From an uncultured Candidatus Bathyarchaeia archaeon (GTDB taxonomy: Archaea > Thermoproteota > Bathyarchaeia > RBG-16-48-13 > GCA-020345945), in contig CAZQWG010000001.1 in NCBI GenBank assembly GCA_964596985.1, positions 396,977-460,976 on the forward strand: 64,000 bases of DNA, read 5' to 3'. Made by a program: the position numbers and the translations under genes. Every line of letters starts with the position of its first letter. Position 1 is the stretch's first letter. The notes beneath the pieces were generated by a model. That model worked only from the letters and a program-made list of their open reading frames with translations. It ran no database searches and was not told the origin of the DNA. This document shows, piece after piece, positions 1 to 8,732 of this stretch.

Positions 1-414
1 CTTCAGCATCCCTGAATCCTTCATGAGCAGCCGGAGCGATTTCTCGTCCTTCTCAGCGACCTCGGCCCTGATCCTTCCGTCATCTACGAATACTGGGTCC
101 CCAACCTCCACTTGATCGTAGATATCGTAGTTAAAGCTGAACGATGGATCCCCGAAGCAGACCTCGGTTAAATCACCCTCCTTGAATTTTATCGATTTGG
201 TGATCTGGGTTCTAAGACCCGGACCATTCAGATCCATCAAAACAGGCATGTCTCCGATCCCTCGGACGTTCTCAAGGATTCCCCTGTATTGATCGAAGTC
301 GCCGAACACCGTGTTTATCCTTGCACCGTTCATTCCAGCCTCACGCATCTTCTTCATGACACGAGAGGAGAGGCTGGAAGGGCCTATCGTGCAGAGGATC
401 TTCGTCTTCTTCAT
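1..414 (-). CDS. pyk: pyruvate kinase, N-terminal part (rest lies off the left window edge)
   Basis: Manual minus-strand translation from ATG at 414: MKKTKILCTIGPSS..AGMNGARIN..LMDLNGPGLRT, the PK N-terminal signature. Absent from the ORF track because it runs off the window. Confidence 0.8.
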   Translation of the reverse strand, partial: MKKTKILCTIGPSSLSSRVMKKMREAGMNGARINTVFGDFDQYRGILENVRGIGDMPVLMDLNGPGLRTQITKSIKFKEGDLTEVCFGDPSFSFNYDIYDQVEVGDPVFVDDGRIRAEVAEKDEKSLRLLMKDSGMLK

Positions 415-550
415 CAAGCTACACCACGCCTCCTATACCCCACGAAGAGACCCCGCCGCCTCAATACGATACTACGGCACATTGAACTTAGATGCTGCAT
501 GATCGGAAAAATTATGCGTATTAATCTCAATTGGCAGAAGAGGTCTGCTG

Positions 551-1282
551 CTATCCGGGAAGCCTCGAACCCCCACCGCTGAGTAACGCTTCGGCGAAAA
601 CCTTGGGAAGCCCCTCTTTGTAGATCTCGCCGGCTACCTTTTCAACATCGTAATCGACGCGCTTGGAGTGCACCCGAAGATCCCCCGATATATCCAACAG
701 GGCAAAACAGGCTCTGGGGTCTCCGTCTTTGGGTTTCCCGACGCTCCCCGCGTTTATCATATGAACCTCACCGACGATCCTATGATAGGGGATGTGGGTG
801 TGTCCGAAGACCAAGACGTCTACACCTAAAGGTTCAAGCATCCTCCTCAGACTACTTGCTGGACGGTCTTCGAACAAGTACTCGTTTATCCGCCTAGGGC
901 TACCGTGCACGAACATCGTCCTCAATCCCCCCTGTTCCTCTACTATGGATCGAGGAAGATTCTTGAGGTAGGCTTTGTTTCTGCCCGTAACCCGGTTCTT
1001 GGTCCAGTTCAGCGAGATCTTCCCGTTTCTCACTTCCTCTTTGGTGACGTAGGCGCACCCACAGTCATCCCTCTCGAACCCCACCCCGTCGTCGTAGTTG
1101 CCGAGTGTCACGGGAATATTTCTCTCGCCCAGGAGGTCGATTACCTCGTTTGGTCTGGGACCGTATCCGACCAGATCACCGGTACATATGGTTCAATCAA
1201 CACCGATGCCGCCGATCTCTCTTAGAACCTCTTCCAAAGCCACTATATTCGAGTGTATATCTGAGATTACTGCGACTTTCAC
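551..1282 (-). pseudogene. metallophosphoesterase (MJ0936/YfcE-like) interrupted by an in-frame TGA
   Basis: Listed ORF 551..1111 has GHTHIPY and GSVG motifs. Upstream in the same frame from GTG 1282 reads VKVAVISDIHSN..GVD*TICTGDLVGYGP, with TGA at 1193-1195 separating the first metal-binding motifs from the rest. Confidence 0.6.
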
Positions 1283-1562
1283 CTTACATCAACCTCGTCT
1301 TCCCAGCATAGATGACTGATGCAAGGCTTTCTAAGGCTAGCCCTGAAGTCACCCTCATCAAAGAGTTTCAATATACGACTGATGCGTGGTCTGCGCTAAA
1401 CATCTTCCCCAAGGATGTCCTCACACCTATATGTGAAAACCATCTTCGGCTAGACAAGCCGCCCAAGAACACTGACAGGAGTATCGAATCGGCAGAACCG
1501 CTAAACGGCTCGGATAATATGCGTCTCTCGAAGACCGCGGCACCTGTGTTGGGGGGTTAACG

Positions 1563-2237
1563 TTATCGCAGCAATCCTTTCCGCCTCAGCACATCGTCGA
1601 CGCCCAGAATCTCCGAGAGCCTCCTGCCAGCCTTCATCTCCTCGACTATCCCCGACTCAAGACCCTTCTTTGCTTTCGCAGCCTCCAAGACCCTACTGCC
1701 TTGCTCCTTCGGGACAACGATGACGCCGCTGTCGTCCCCTAACACTATGTCCCCTGGCTTAATCTCGGCTCCCCCACAGAATATCGGAACATTCACGTCG
1801 CCATCTAGGGGTTTTCTTACCATCGTACGAGGCGTTACGGCCCTGGCGAAGACCGGAAGCCCGGTCTCTTTGATCTCTATGATGTCACAGACGGCGCCAT
1901 CAACAACAACCCCTTCTAGGCCCTTGAGCTTAGCTGACAAAGACATCAGCCCTCCCCAACACGCGTACCCGATGCCCCCCTCGGCGGAGACGACAAGCAC
2001 GTCCCCGGGCTCTGCAAAATCTATGGCTTTGTGAAGCACAGTGTTGTCCATCGCCGGTAACCTAGCAGTGATGGCTGGACCGGTGATCCTCATTCTTTCA
2101 TCGATGGGCCGGACCCCGGGGTCAAGGACACCGAAGGATACGGACTCCCAGAGATGCCCGATCGTGGCCGTATCCACATCCTTGAACTGCTCAACGAGTT
2201 CTCGCCTTGGTCTCCCGACAAGTCTCTCTATTACCAA
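1563..2237 (-). CDS. RraA-family protein (4-hydroxy-4-methyl-2-oxoglutarate aldolase / RraA-like)
   Basis: 224 aa. TATIGH, GDVLVV, GGLMS and GDIVLGDDSGVIVVP are typical of the RraA/DlpA fold. Confidence 0.7.
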   Translation of the reverse strand: MVIERLVGRPRRELVEQFKDVDTATIGHLWESVSFGVLDPGVRPIDERMRITGPAITARLPAMDNTVLHKAIDFAEPGDVLVVSAEGGIGYACWGGLMSLSAKLKGLEGVVVDGAVCDIIEIKETGLPVFARAVTPRTMVRKPLDGDVNVPIFCGGAEIKPGDIVLGDDSGVIVVPKEQGSRVLEAAKAKKGLESGIVEEMKAGRRLSEILGVDDVLRRKGLLR

Positions 2238-2406
2238 TTCTCTTCCCGACGGGTCTATAGCCTGCTACGGATAAGTCTCTTCCGCCCCCATTAACCGAAG
2301 AACATTACCGATGGCGCACGCTTAATAGCGAAAGTATGGTAAGGTGAAGACACCGCCTTGATTAACCTACAGGCAAAGTGTATTCTAACACACAGGAGGA
2401 TGTAGA

Positions 2407-3114
2407 TTGAGAGTAGATTCTGAGAAGTGTATCGGCTGCGACAGATGCGTCCCCTATTGTACCGTGGGAGCGATAGAGTCGGACGGCAAGACCGTGTTTA
2501 TCGACCAAGAAGAGTGCGTTGAATGCGGGGTTTGTTTGAGGTCGGATGTATGCAAGGTCGACGCCATCTACCAGCCGGAACTGTCCTGGCCTCGAATACT
2601 CAGAGCCCAGTTCAGCGATCCAACGGTCAGACATCCTACCGGAGTCGCTGGCAGAGGAACGGAGGAGATGAAGACCAACGATGTAACCGGAAGGTTTGGA
2701 AGGGGAGAGGTGGGTCTAGCCTTCGAGTTCGGTAGACCCGGGATCGGAGCCACATTCAAGGATGTTGAGAAAGGGACTATGGCCCTTACAGGGCACGTCG
2801 AGTTTGAACCCCACAATCCTGTAACCCTCCTTATTAACCCGGAGACAGGGAGGCTCAAAGACGACGCCGTGAGGGAGGAGAGAGTGCTCTCCGCGATCAT
2901 AGAGTGTAAGACGAGCCAAGAGAAGGCTGTCGAAGTGATTGAGATAATGCGGGAAGCGGCCAGGGATGTGGACACTGTGTTTAGCGTAGATGTAGTCAAC
3001 AAGTGCGTAGAGGGAGAGATACCCGTGAAGAAGATTCTCGGCAAGGCAGGAATCGGTGTTAGGATCAACGGGAAGACCTGCATAGGGTTAGGGAGACCTC
3101 TCGCAAGAACGTAG
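2407..3114 (+). CDS. 4Fe-4S dicluster domain protein with uncharacterised C-terminal domain
   Basis: N-terminus has two CxxCxxCxxxC-type motifs (CIGCDRCVPYC, CVECGVCLRSDVC). TTG start. The remainder is not recognised. Confidence 0.55.
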   Translation: MRVDSEKCIGCDRCVPYCTVGAIESDGKTVFIDQEECVECGVCLRSDVCKVDAIYQPELSWPRILRAQFSDPTVRHPTGVAGRGTEEMKTNDVTGRFGRGEVGLAFEFGRPGIGATFKDVEKGTMALTGHVEFEPHNPVTLLINPETGRLKDDAVREERVLSAIIECKTSQEKAVEVIEIMREAARDVDTVFSVDVVNKCVEGEIPVKKILGKAGIGVRINGKTCIGLGRPLART

Positions 3115-3125
3115 GAAGTAGGAGG

Positions 3126-3803
3126 ATGACGCATACAAACCATAGGAGAGGCAGCAAGGAATCTCTGATGAGTGACTGGGTCCTCCTCGCTAGGACATCG
3201 AGAGAGGTACCAGAACAGAGGGAAAACGCGCCGCCTAGGTTCCGGAGGCTACTGGAGATATGCACGAAGCACAGTCCAGTATGTCTGATGGCGAGGGACA
3301 TATCAGAAGAAGGGCAGCACGGCATCACTGCTTGGGTCCCAGTACGATACTACATGGGCGCCGGAGAATCGCTTGTGGAGGTCACCAAGGCGAAGAAGCC
3401 TATGTACGCCCACGCCGTCTTCTCGAGGAGAGAGGATCTGGAAGCCACGCTTGAAGAGATAAAGGAAGCCAACCTAGGGATATCCGTGGTTGCGAGCGGC
3501 CTATTCGACGAGGTATTCGGGATCTGCGAGAGAATCTCAACCGGTCCTGACACGGTCAACATGTCCCTTGGAATCATGGGGAAGACGGATCTCCTCCCGG
3601 AGGAAGAGATCCTAGAGATCACTACCATGTGTGGTCACGCCATGATCTCGGAACACCTAACAGAGGCGATGATAGAGGGTGTGAGACAGGGCAAGACAGC
3701 CGCCGAGGAGGCCGCGATAGAACTCGCAAGACAGTGCGTCTGCAACGTTTTCAACCCAGCACGAGCAGCCCAACTGATCAAGAAGTATGTTTCCACCAGA
3801 TAG
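3126..3803 (+). CDS. conserved hypothetical protein, probably co-transcribed with the 4Fe-4S protein
   Basis: 225-aa ORF 11 nt downstream of the previous gene, with GGAGGA just upstream of the ATG. No recognisable motif. Confidence 0.4.
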   Translation: MTHTNHRRGSKESLMSDWVLLARTSREVPEQRENAPPRFRRLLEICTKHSPVCLMARDISEEGQHGITAWVPVRYYMGAGESLVEVTKAKKPMYAHAVFSRREDLEATLEEIKEANLGISVVASGLFDEVFGICERISTGPDTVNMSLGIMGKTDLLPEEEILEITTMCGHAMISEHLTEAMIEGVRQGKTAAEEAAIELARQCVCNVFNPARAAQLIKKYVSTR

Positions 3804-4021
3804 AGCCGACGAGTGTACGAAGCTAACCACCAGAGAACAACGGTGAAACTAGCGACCGAAGAGGCAACCTCAAGGTTTCTTACTGGACAGAATCCGAGAC
3901 AGGTCCATGACGAGGCACGAGCTTCCTGTCATAAGGATAGATTTCACGGCGAGACCTTCCAGCCGTTGCCATTGGAGGGATGCCACGTTCTCCTTATCCT
4001 TTCTTGCCGTTCTGATGAAGA

Positions 4022-4177
4022 TTAACCCGTGCCCGAAGATTTCTTCTTGAACTCCTCTGCACATCTCTCACAACAGAAGGCATGCTTCTCACCATTTCCA
4101 GTTTCTTGGACACTGGCAAACAGGCAACCCTCAGCCGAGATCGTAGACTTACAAAACTCACACTTCAATACCTTCAC
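4022..4177 (-). CDS. small Cys-rich TRASH/zinc-ribbon-like protein (51 aa, below the ORF-track cutoff)
   Basis: Manual translation gives VKVLKCEFCKSTISAEGCLFASVQETGNGEKHAFCCERCAEEFKKKSSGTG. The GTG start overlaps the IscU TGA stop as GTGA. The pattern is CxxC..CCxxC. Confidence 0.5.
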   Translation of the reverse strand: MKVLKCEFCKSTISAEGCLFASVQETGNGEKHAFCCERCAEEFKKKSSGTG

Positions 4178-4539
4178 CTCTTTTTCAAGTAGTCTTGAAT
4201 GGCTGCATGGAGGGCGTCTGCAGCAAGGTTTGAACAGTGCATTTTTATCGGAGGGAGACCATCGAGGGCGTCGGCAACGTCTTTCTTCGTGATCTCAAGC
4301 GCCTCTTCCAACGTCTTCCCTTTGGCAAGCTCGGTGATCATGCTGCTTGTGGCGATGGCAGCACCGCATCCGAAGGTCTTGAATTTTACGTCGACCAACT
4401 TGTCGTCATTCACCTTGATCGTTACGGTCATCATATCCCCACAGACAGGGTTGCCCACGGTCCCCACACCGTCGGCGTCGGGGATCTCTCCCACGTTTCT
4501 CGGATTTCGGAAGTGTTCCATCACTTTCTCGCTATACAT
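4174..4539 (-). CDS. iscU: Fe-S cluster scaffold protein IscU/NifU-like
   Basis: 121 aa. MYSEKVMEHFRNPRNVG, NPVCGD, FGCGAAIA and HCSNLA contain the three conserved Cys ligands. Confidence 0.85.
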   Translation of the reverse strand: MYSEKVMEHFRNPRNVGEIPDADGVGTVGNPVCGDMMTVTIKVNDDKLVDVKFKTFGCGAAIATSSMITELAKGKTLEEALEITKKDVADALDGLPPIKMHCSNLAADALHAAIQDYLKKR

Positions 4540-4540
4540 C

Positions 4541-5713
4541 TCACTCTTCTCCTTTAGGGGTGAGCGGAGACATCTCTCTCAGCCGTCGGATGATGCCCGG
4601 CAGTTCATTCAATACATAGTCGACTTCTTCTTCAGTGTTGTGTTTTCCTAAAGTGAAGAGAAGCGAACCTTGGGCTTCCGCGTGAGGAACCCCCAACGCA
4701 ATGAGAACGTGCGAGGGTTGTAGCGTCTTGGAGGTACACGCCGAGCTGGAGGAGGCTGCGACCCCGACCATCTCAAGGCTTAGCAATAGTGCTTCGCCTT
4801 CTATATAGTCGAACCGGAAATTGGCGTTGTTCGGTAGCCTCTTGGTAGGGTGACCGTTCAGATGCGAGTCGCCTATCTCACTCAATACGCCCGATATCAG
4901 CTTGTCCCGGAGCATCCGCAACCGGTTTCCTTCCTCCTCCATCTCTTCTGCAGCGATCTCTGCAGCCCTCCCCATTCCAACTATGCCCGCGACGTTCTCG
5001 GAGCCGGATCGCAGTCCCCTTTCCTGCCCCCCACCCAGTATGAGGGGGGCGATTCTCACCCCGCGCCTTATATACAGAGCCCCAACGCCCCTCGGCCCAT
5101 ACATGTCGTTCGAGGACACCGTCAGCATGTCTATGTTTTCGTCTTGGACGTTTACCGGGATCTTTCCGCAGGCAGCGGTCGCGTCGACGTGAAGAGTTAC
5201 CCCTTTCTCACGAGTGATCTTTCCGATCTCTCTGATTGGCTGGATTGTGCCGATCTCACCATTCGCGTACATTATCGATACGAGTACCGTATCCTCGGTG
5301 ATCTCCTCCCCCAATCTTTCGGTGTCGACGAAGCCTTCACGGTCCACGGGGAGATGAATGACTTCGTAGCCCAGTTTCTGTAGGTGTTTGCAGAGATTGA
5401 TGATAGACATATGCTCTATGCTGGACGTGATGATTCTTCTTCCTCCATCCCTATTCCTGCTCAGAAAGCCCATCAATGCGAGGTTGTTTGCTTCTGTGGC
5501 TCCCGAGGTGAAGACGAGTTCTTCAGGATCCTCGGCACCGATCAAACCAGCCAGACTTTCTCTCGCAGCTTTCACCGATTCTGCGGCCTCAAGTCCGAGT
5601 CTATGAAGGGACGAAGGGTTTCCGAACTTCGTCGAGTGGTATTCTGTCATTGCCTCCAGTACCCTTGGGTCCACTGGAGACGCTGCCGCGAAATCAAAAT
5701 AGACTCTCCTCAT
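4541..5713 (-). CDS. iscS: IscS/NifS-like class V aminotransferase-fold protein lacking the PLP-binding lysine
   Basis: 390 aa. It has GNPSS.H, FTSGATE.NN, the active-site loop SSSSACTS and a C-terminal RLREMSP. The expected S-G-H-K motif reads S-S-N-D (N202 D203, codons 5105-5110). Confidence 0.85.
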   Translation of the reverse strand: MRRVYFDFAAASPVDPRVLEAMTEYHSTKFGNPSSLHRLGLEAAESVKAARESLAGLIGAEDPEELVFTSGATEANNLALMGFLSRNRDGGRRIITSSIEHMSIINLCKHLQKLGYEVIHLPVDREGFVDTERLGEEITEDTVLVSIMYANGEIGTIQPIREIGKITREKGVTLHVDATAACGKIPVNVQDENIDMLTVSSNDMYGPRGVGALYIRRGVRIAPLILGGGQERGLRSGSENVAGIVGMGRAAEIAAEEMEEEGNRLRMLRDKLISGVLSEIGDSHLNGHPTKRLPNNANFRFDYIEGEALLLSLEMVGVAASSSSACTSKTLQPSHVLIALGVPHAEAQGSLLFTLGKHNTEEEVDYVLNELPGIIRRLREMSPLTPKGEE

Positions 5714-5825
5714 GGCTTTTTCCTTCCGTATCTGTTCTTCCCGATTTGTCCGTTCGACGGTTTCCGGGTAGTACTGGTCATGGCGGACTTTTTTCTATCT
5801 TTTGGATCGGGGATAAGGCTTCAAC

Positions 5826-6230
5826 CTATTCTTGGTGGAGGTGCAGGCTCTCGGTTTCGAGTATTCTGATGCAGACGTCGCACGAGTCTGGGAGTTCCTT
5901 GTCGAGTTCCCTGTGAAGCTTGCAGAAGTCTCCGCTCCTTCTCATGGAGATGCAGATCCGGCATGTCTCCTCTATGGTCAAAGATGGCGGCGAGTCACGG
6001 CTGGCAAGGTCTTTCGCGATCACCCTTATGTCGCGGACGAAATCGTCCGAGAGTTGCGTCCTGCTGCCCCGATTGGAGGCCATGTACCTGCTCATTGCCG
6101 ACTGCGTCATCCCGAGCTTCTTTGCCGCAGAGATTTGGGTGAAGTTGTGTTTCTCGATTAATTCTTTGGCTATCTGCGCCCTCACCGCTGGAAGGATATA
6201 GTTCGTCATGATCTCACATGGGGGTCTCAT
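5826..6230 (-). CDS. HTH transcriptional regulator with Cys-rich C-terminal domain
   Basis: XRE-like HTH FTQISAAKKLGMTQSAMSRY, followed by CRIC..C..CDVC. It lies between the E1-like gene and iscS on the same strand. The true start is possibly M8. Confidence 0.55.
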   Translation of the reverse strand: MRPPCEIMTNYILPAVRAQIAKELIEKHNFTQISAAKKLGMTQSAMSRYMASNRGSRTQLSDDFVRDIRVIAKDLASRDSPPSLTIEETCRICISMRRSGDFCKLHRELDKELPDSCDVCIRILETESLHLHQE

Positions 6231-6303
6231 CGTTCCTCACTCATCAGAGTATGATCACGGTGACCGGTTGATTCTGAGGCTTCGAAGCCTTAGGCGCTCG
6301 ATG

Positions 6304-7065
6304 TTATTCTCCTCCACAGACCGGGCAGTCGGGTCTTCTCGAAAGCTCGATTTCGGTGAATTTCATTAGCTCTCCGTCGTAGATCAGGAGTCTGTTTTCC
6401 AGTAGGCTTCCGATGCCTGTCAGGTACTTTATTGTTTCTGTGGCTTCGATCATCGCGATCAAGCCAGGGGAGACCCCTATTACCGGAAAGGTTTCGCTCG
6501 GTGGGGCTTCTGGGATCACGCAGCTCAAGCAAGCCGTCTTGAAGGGGATGATGGTGGTGGCTCTTCCTTCCAGCCCCCATATTCCTCCATGAACGAAAGG
6601 GATGTTGAGTTTGACTGCGGCCTTGTTGAGTAGGTATCTTGTCGGGAAATTGTCCATCGCATCCACGATGACATCAGATCCCTCAATCATCTCAAGGAAG
6701 TTCTCTTCATCGATCTCGACGCAGTCCGCTTCGACTTCGATATCTGGGTTAATTCTTCTGAGCTTCTCCTGAATGGACTCCGCCTTCATCTTTCCTATGT
6801 CGTCGTCCCAGTGTAGTACTTGTCTATTCAGATTGCTCAGCTCGACGGTGTCCTTGTCAACAATCCTTAGCGTTCCCACTCCGGCGACAGACAAGTAGAC
6901 CGCGATAGGACACCCCAGTCCCCCAGCACCCGCCAAGAAGACTTTTGAAGACTTGAGTCTTCGCTGTCCTTCCAACCCTAAGCCAGGGATCATGATCTGC
7001 CTGTCGTACCGCTCCATCTCTCTCTGTGTGAGCTTAACATCTGGATTCTTAGACTCATCTTCCAT
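6304..7065 (-). CDS. E1-like adenylyltransferase (ThiF/MoeB/UbaA family)
   Basis: YDRQI, the nucleotide loop GAGGLG, DxD..SNLNRQ, and two CxxC pairs (CLSC, CPVC). Confidence 0.85.
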   Translation of the reverse strand: MEDESKNPDVKLTQREMERYDRQIMIPGLGLEGQRRLKSSKVFLAGAGGLGCPIAVYLSVAGVGTLRIVDKDTVELSNLNRQVLHWDDDIGKMKAESIQEKLRRINPDIEVEADCVEIDEENFLEMIEGSDVIVDAMDNFPTRYLLNKAAVKLNIPFVHGGIWGLEGRATTIIPFKTACLSCVIPEAPPSETFPVIGVSPGLIAMIEATETIKYLTGIGSLLENRLLIYDGELMKFTEIELSRRPDCPVCGGE

Positions 7066-7369
7066 GGATCTCTCCTCCGCTGACCGCTGGAAGGATCAGT
7101 ATCTCATCGTTCTTCTTGAGCTTGGTCTCAAGCCCCTCAACAAACCTCATGTCCTTGCCGTTGATGTATATGTTGATGAAACTCTTGGGTTTTCCGTCTT
7201 TGTCGCATAATTTTCTTTTAAGCGCGTTTCCGTACCTTTGGATCAGATTGTCGAGGACCTCTCCGAGCGTGTCTCCTGTTGTCCACGTCTCTCTTTGATT
7301 GTTTGCTGCACTGACCAATGCATGTGATAATGTTACCTTGACTTTCACCATCTCTACTCCTTCCTCCAA
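7055..7369 (-). CDS. MoaD/ThiS/SAMP-type ubiquitin-like protein with a 5-residue extension after the diglycine
   Basis: C-terminus is DEILILPAVSGG-EIHGR. The ORF overlaps the E1-like gene start by 11 nt. The true start may be M7 (MVKVKV). Confidence 0.65.
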   Translation of the reverse strand: MEEGVEMVKVKVTLSHALVSAANNQRETWTTGDTLGEVLDNLIQRYGNALKRKLCDKDGKPKSFINIYINGKDMRFVEGLETKLKKNDEILILPAVSGGEIHGR

Positions 7370-7482
7370 TTGTGTCCGCGCATATGAGGCTGATTAAGGG
7401 GCGGATAAAGGTTTAAGTATCGTTTACGCAACCCCTTCTATGACGGTGTCATAGGAGTGGCTGCCGCGGACAAGGACTTAGA

Positions 7483-8004
7483 GTGAAGAATCTGAAACGA
7501 AGAATCGGAATAATCATCATCGTCATCTCTCTGTCGGTTGCGATTGGAGCGATGTTATCAGACTTCGTCTCTGAGACGGAGAACCAAAAGAGGCTTGCAT
7601 CAGATTTTGCTCTCACGGACTTAGACGGAGAACCTTTCAACCTCGGTGACTTCCGGGGCAACGTTGTGGTCCTCGATTTTATGGCGACCTGGTGCGACCC
7701 CTGCAGAACACAGATCGATTACTATAGGCCTCTATGGGAGAAATATGGCGGCAAGATGTTTCTGATCTCGATCAGTATTGATCCCTCCTCAGACAAGGGG
7801 GAGGTCCTACACGAGTTCAGAGGTCGATTCCCTTTCGCGACTTGGATTTGGGCGGTTGACACCGAACAAGTCGGCAAACTCTACACCGTTTCATCGATAC
7901 CAACAACAATCTTAATCGACAAGGATGGGTTTCTAGTCCAAAGGTACATCGGGGTTACTGATTCTGAAACCCTGATCCGAGACGTAGAGCACCTGCTTAC
8001 CTAG
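7483..8004 (+). CDS. membrane-anchored TlpA/redoxin-family thiol:disulfide oxidoreductase
   Basis: N-terminal TM segment, then VVVLDFMATWCDPC (CxxC) in a thioredoxin-fold context. Confidence 0.75.
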   Translation: MKNLKRRIGIIIIVISLSVAIGAMLSDFVSETENQKRLASDFALTDLDGEPFNLGDFRGNVVVLDFMATWCDPCRTQIDYYRPLWEKYGGKMFLISISIDPSSDKGEVLHEFRGRFPFATWIWAVDTEQVGKLYTVSSIPTTILIDKDGFLVQRYIGVTDSETLIRDVEHLLT

Positions 8005-8096
8005 AAAGGAAGAGCTATCCGAGACCGCACTGCATGTAGTCTGAGTCCTATTCGTATCCCAAGGAGGACTGCGTTATCCCGCTCTCAACCATAATC

Positions 8097-8732
8097 TTGG
8101 CGTTTGCAGGAGGGTTTGCCTCGATGCTCTCGCCTTGCAGCCTACCCTTGCTCCCTGGACTTGTTTCGTACTACCTCGGAGAAGATTTTCCCACGAAGAA
8201 GGCGGTCATCCTTGGAGTGGCATGCTCATCGGGAACAGCATCCATTCTACTCCTTACAGGATTGATCGGATCACTGGTTGGCAGCCTCCTATTCAGGCTT
8301 ATACCTTTCTTCAAGATCCTCACTGGACTCACCGCCATCGTCCTCGGTCTTGCCTTACTTACCGGGAGGAGTACGCTCGTGTTTTCGCTTCCGACCAAGA
8401 CGGGAAGAAGGAAAGACCTAATCGGCATGTTCCTCTTCGGCGTTAGCTATGGTATGGTTTCACTGGAATGCTCTGCACCTGTTTTCCTATCGATGTTGCT
8501 CTACGCCTCTGCTTCAGGCATACCTCTCGAAATCGCTCTGGTAGTCATCGCGTACACGCTAGGAGCGGGGATTCCCTTAGTTATCGCATGCCTTCTTGTT
8601 GCAGAGACCAAGGGGTTGATTCTACGGTATGCTGAAGGATTCTCCAAATATCTCCCCGGGATAGGCGGGGCGGCCATGGTAGGTGTAGGAGTCTACCTCA
8701 TACTACTGGGCATCTCGGGTTACAGCGAATAA
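8097..8732 (+). CDS. ccdA: cytochrome c biogenesis CcdA/DsbD-type transmembrane electron transporter
   Basis: Polytopic membrane protein with SPCSLPLLPG and a second SLECSAPV Cys motif. It sits adjacent to the TlpA-like gene. Confidence 0.75.
   Translation: MAFAGGFASMLSPCSLPLLPGLVSYYLGEDFPTKKAVILGVACSSGTASILLLTGLIGSLVGSLLFRLIPFFKILTGLTAIVLGLALLTGRSTLVFSLPTKTGRRKDLIGMFLFGVSYGMVSLECSAPVFLSMLLYASASGIPLEIALVVIAYTLGAGIPLVIACLLVAETKGLILRYAEGFSKYLPGIGGAAMVGVGVYLILLGISGYSE

Noticed and set aside
1193-1195. In-frame TGA in the metallophosphoesterase read as selenocysteine or a reassigned codon.
   Set aside because: The position is a non-catalytic hydrophobic core position in homologs. TGA terminates other genes in the window, and no Sec machinery or SECIS-like element is evident.
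3813-4064. Short ORFs 3813..4025 (+) and 3870..4064 (-) between the unknown 225-aa gene and the TRASH-like ORF.
   Set aside because: They have no motifs, mutually overlap and have an implausible composition. They are more likely non-coding terminator or spacer sequence between convergent units.
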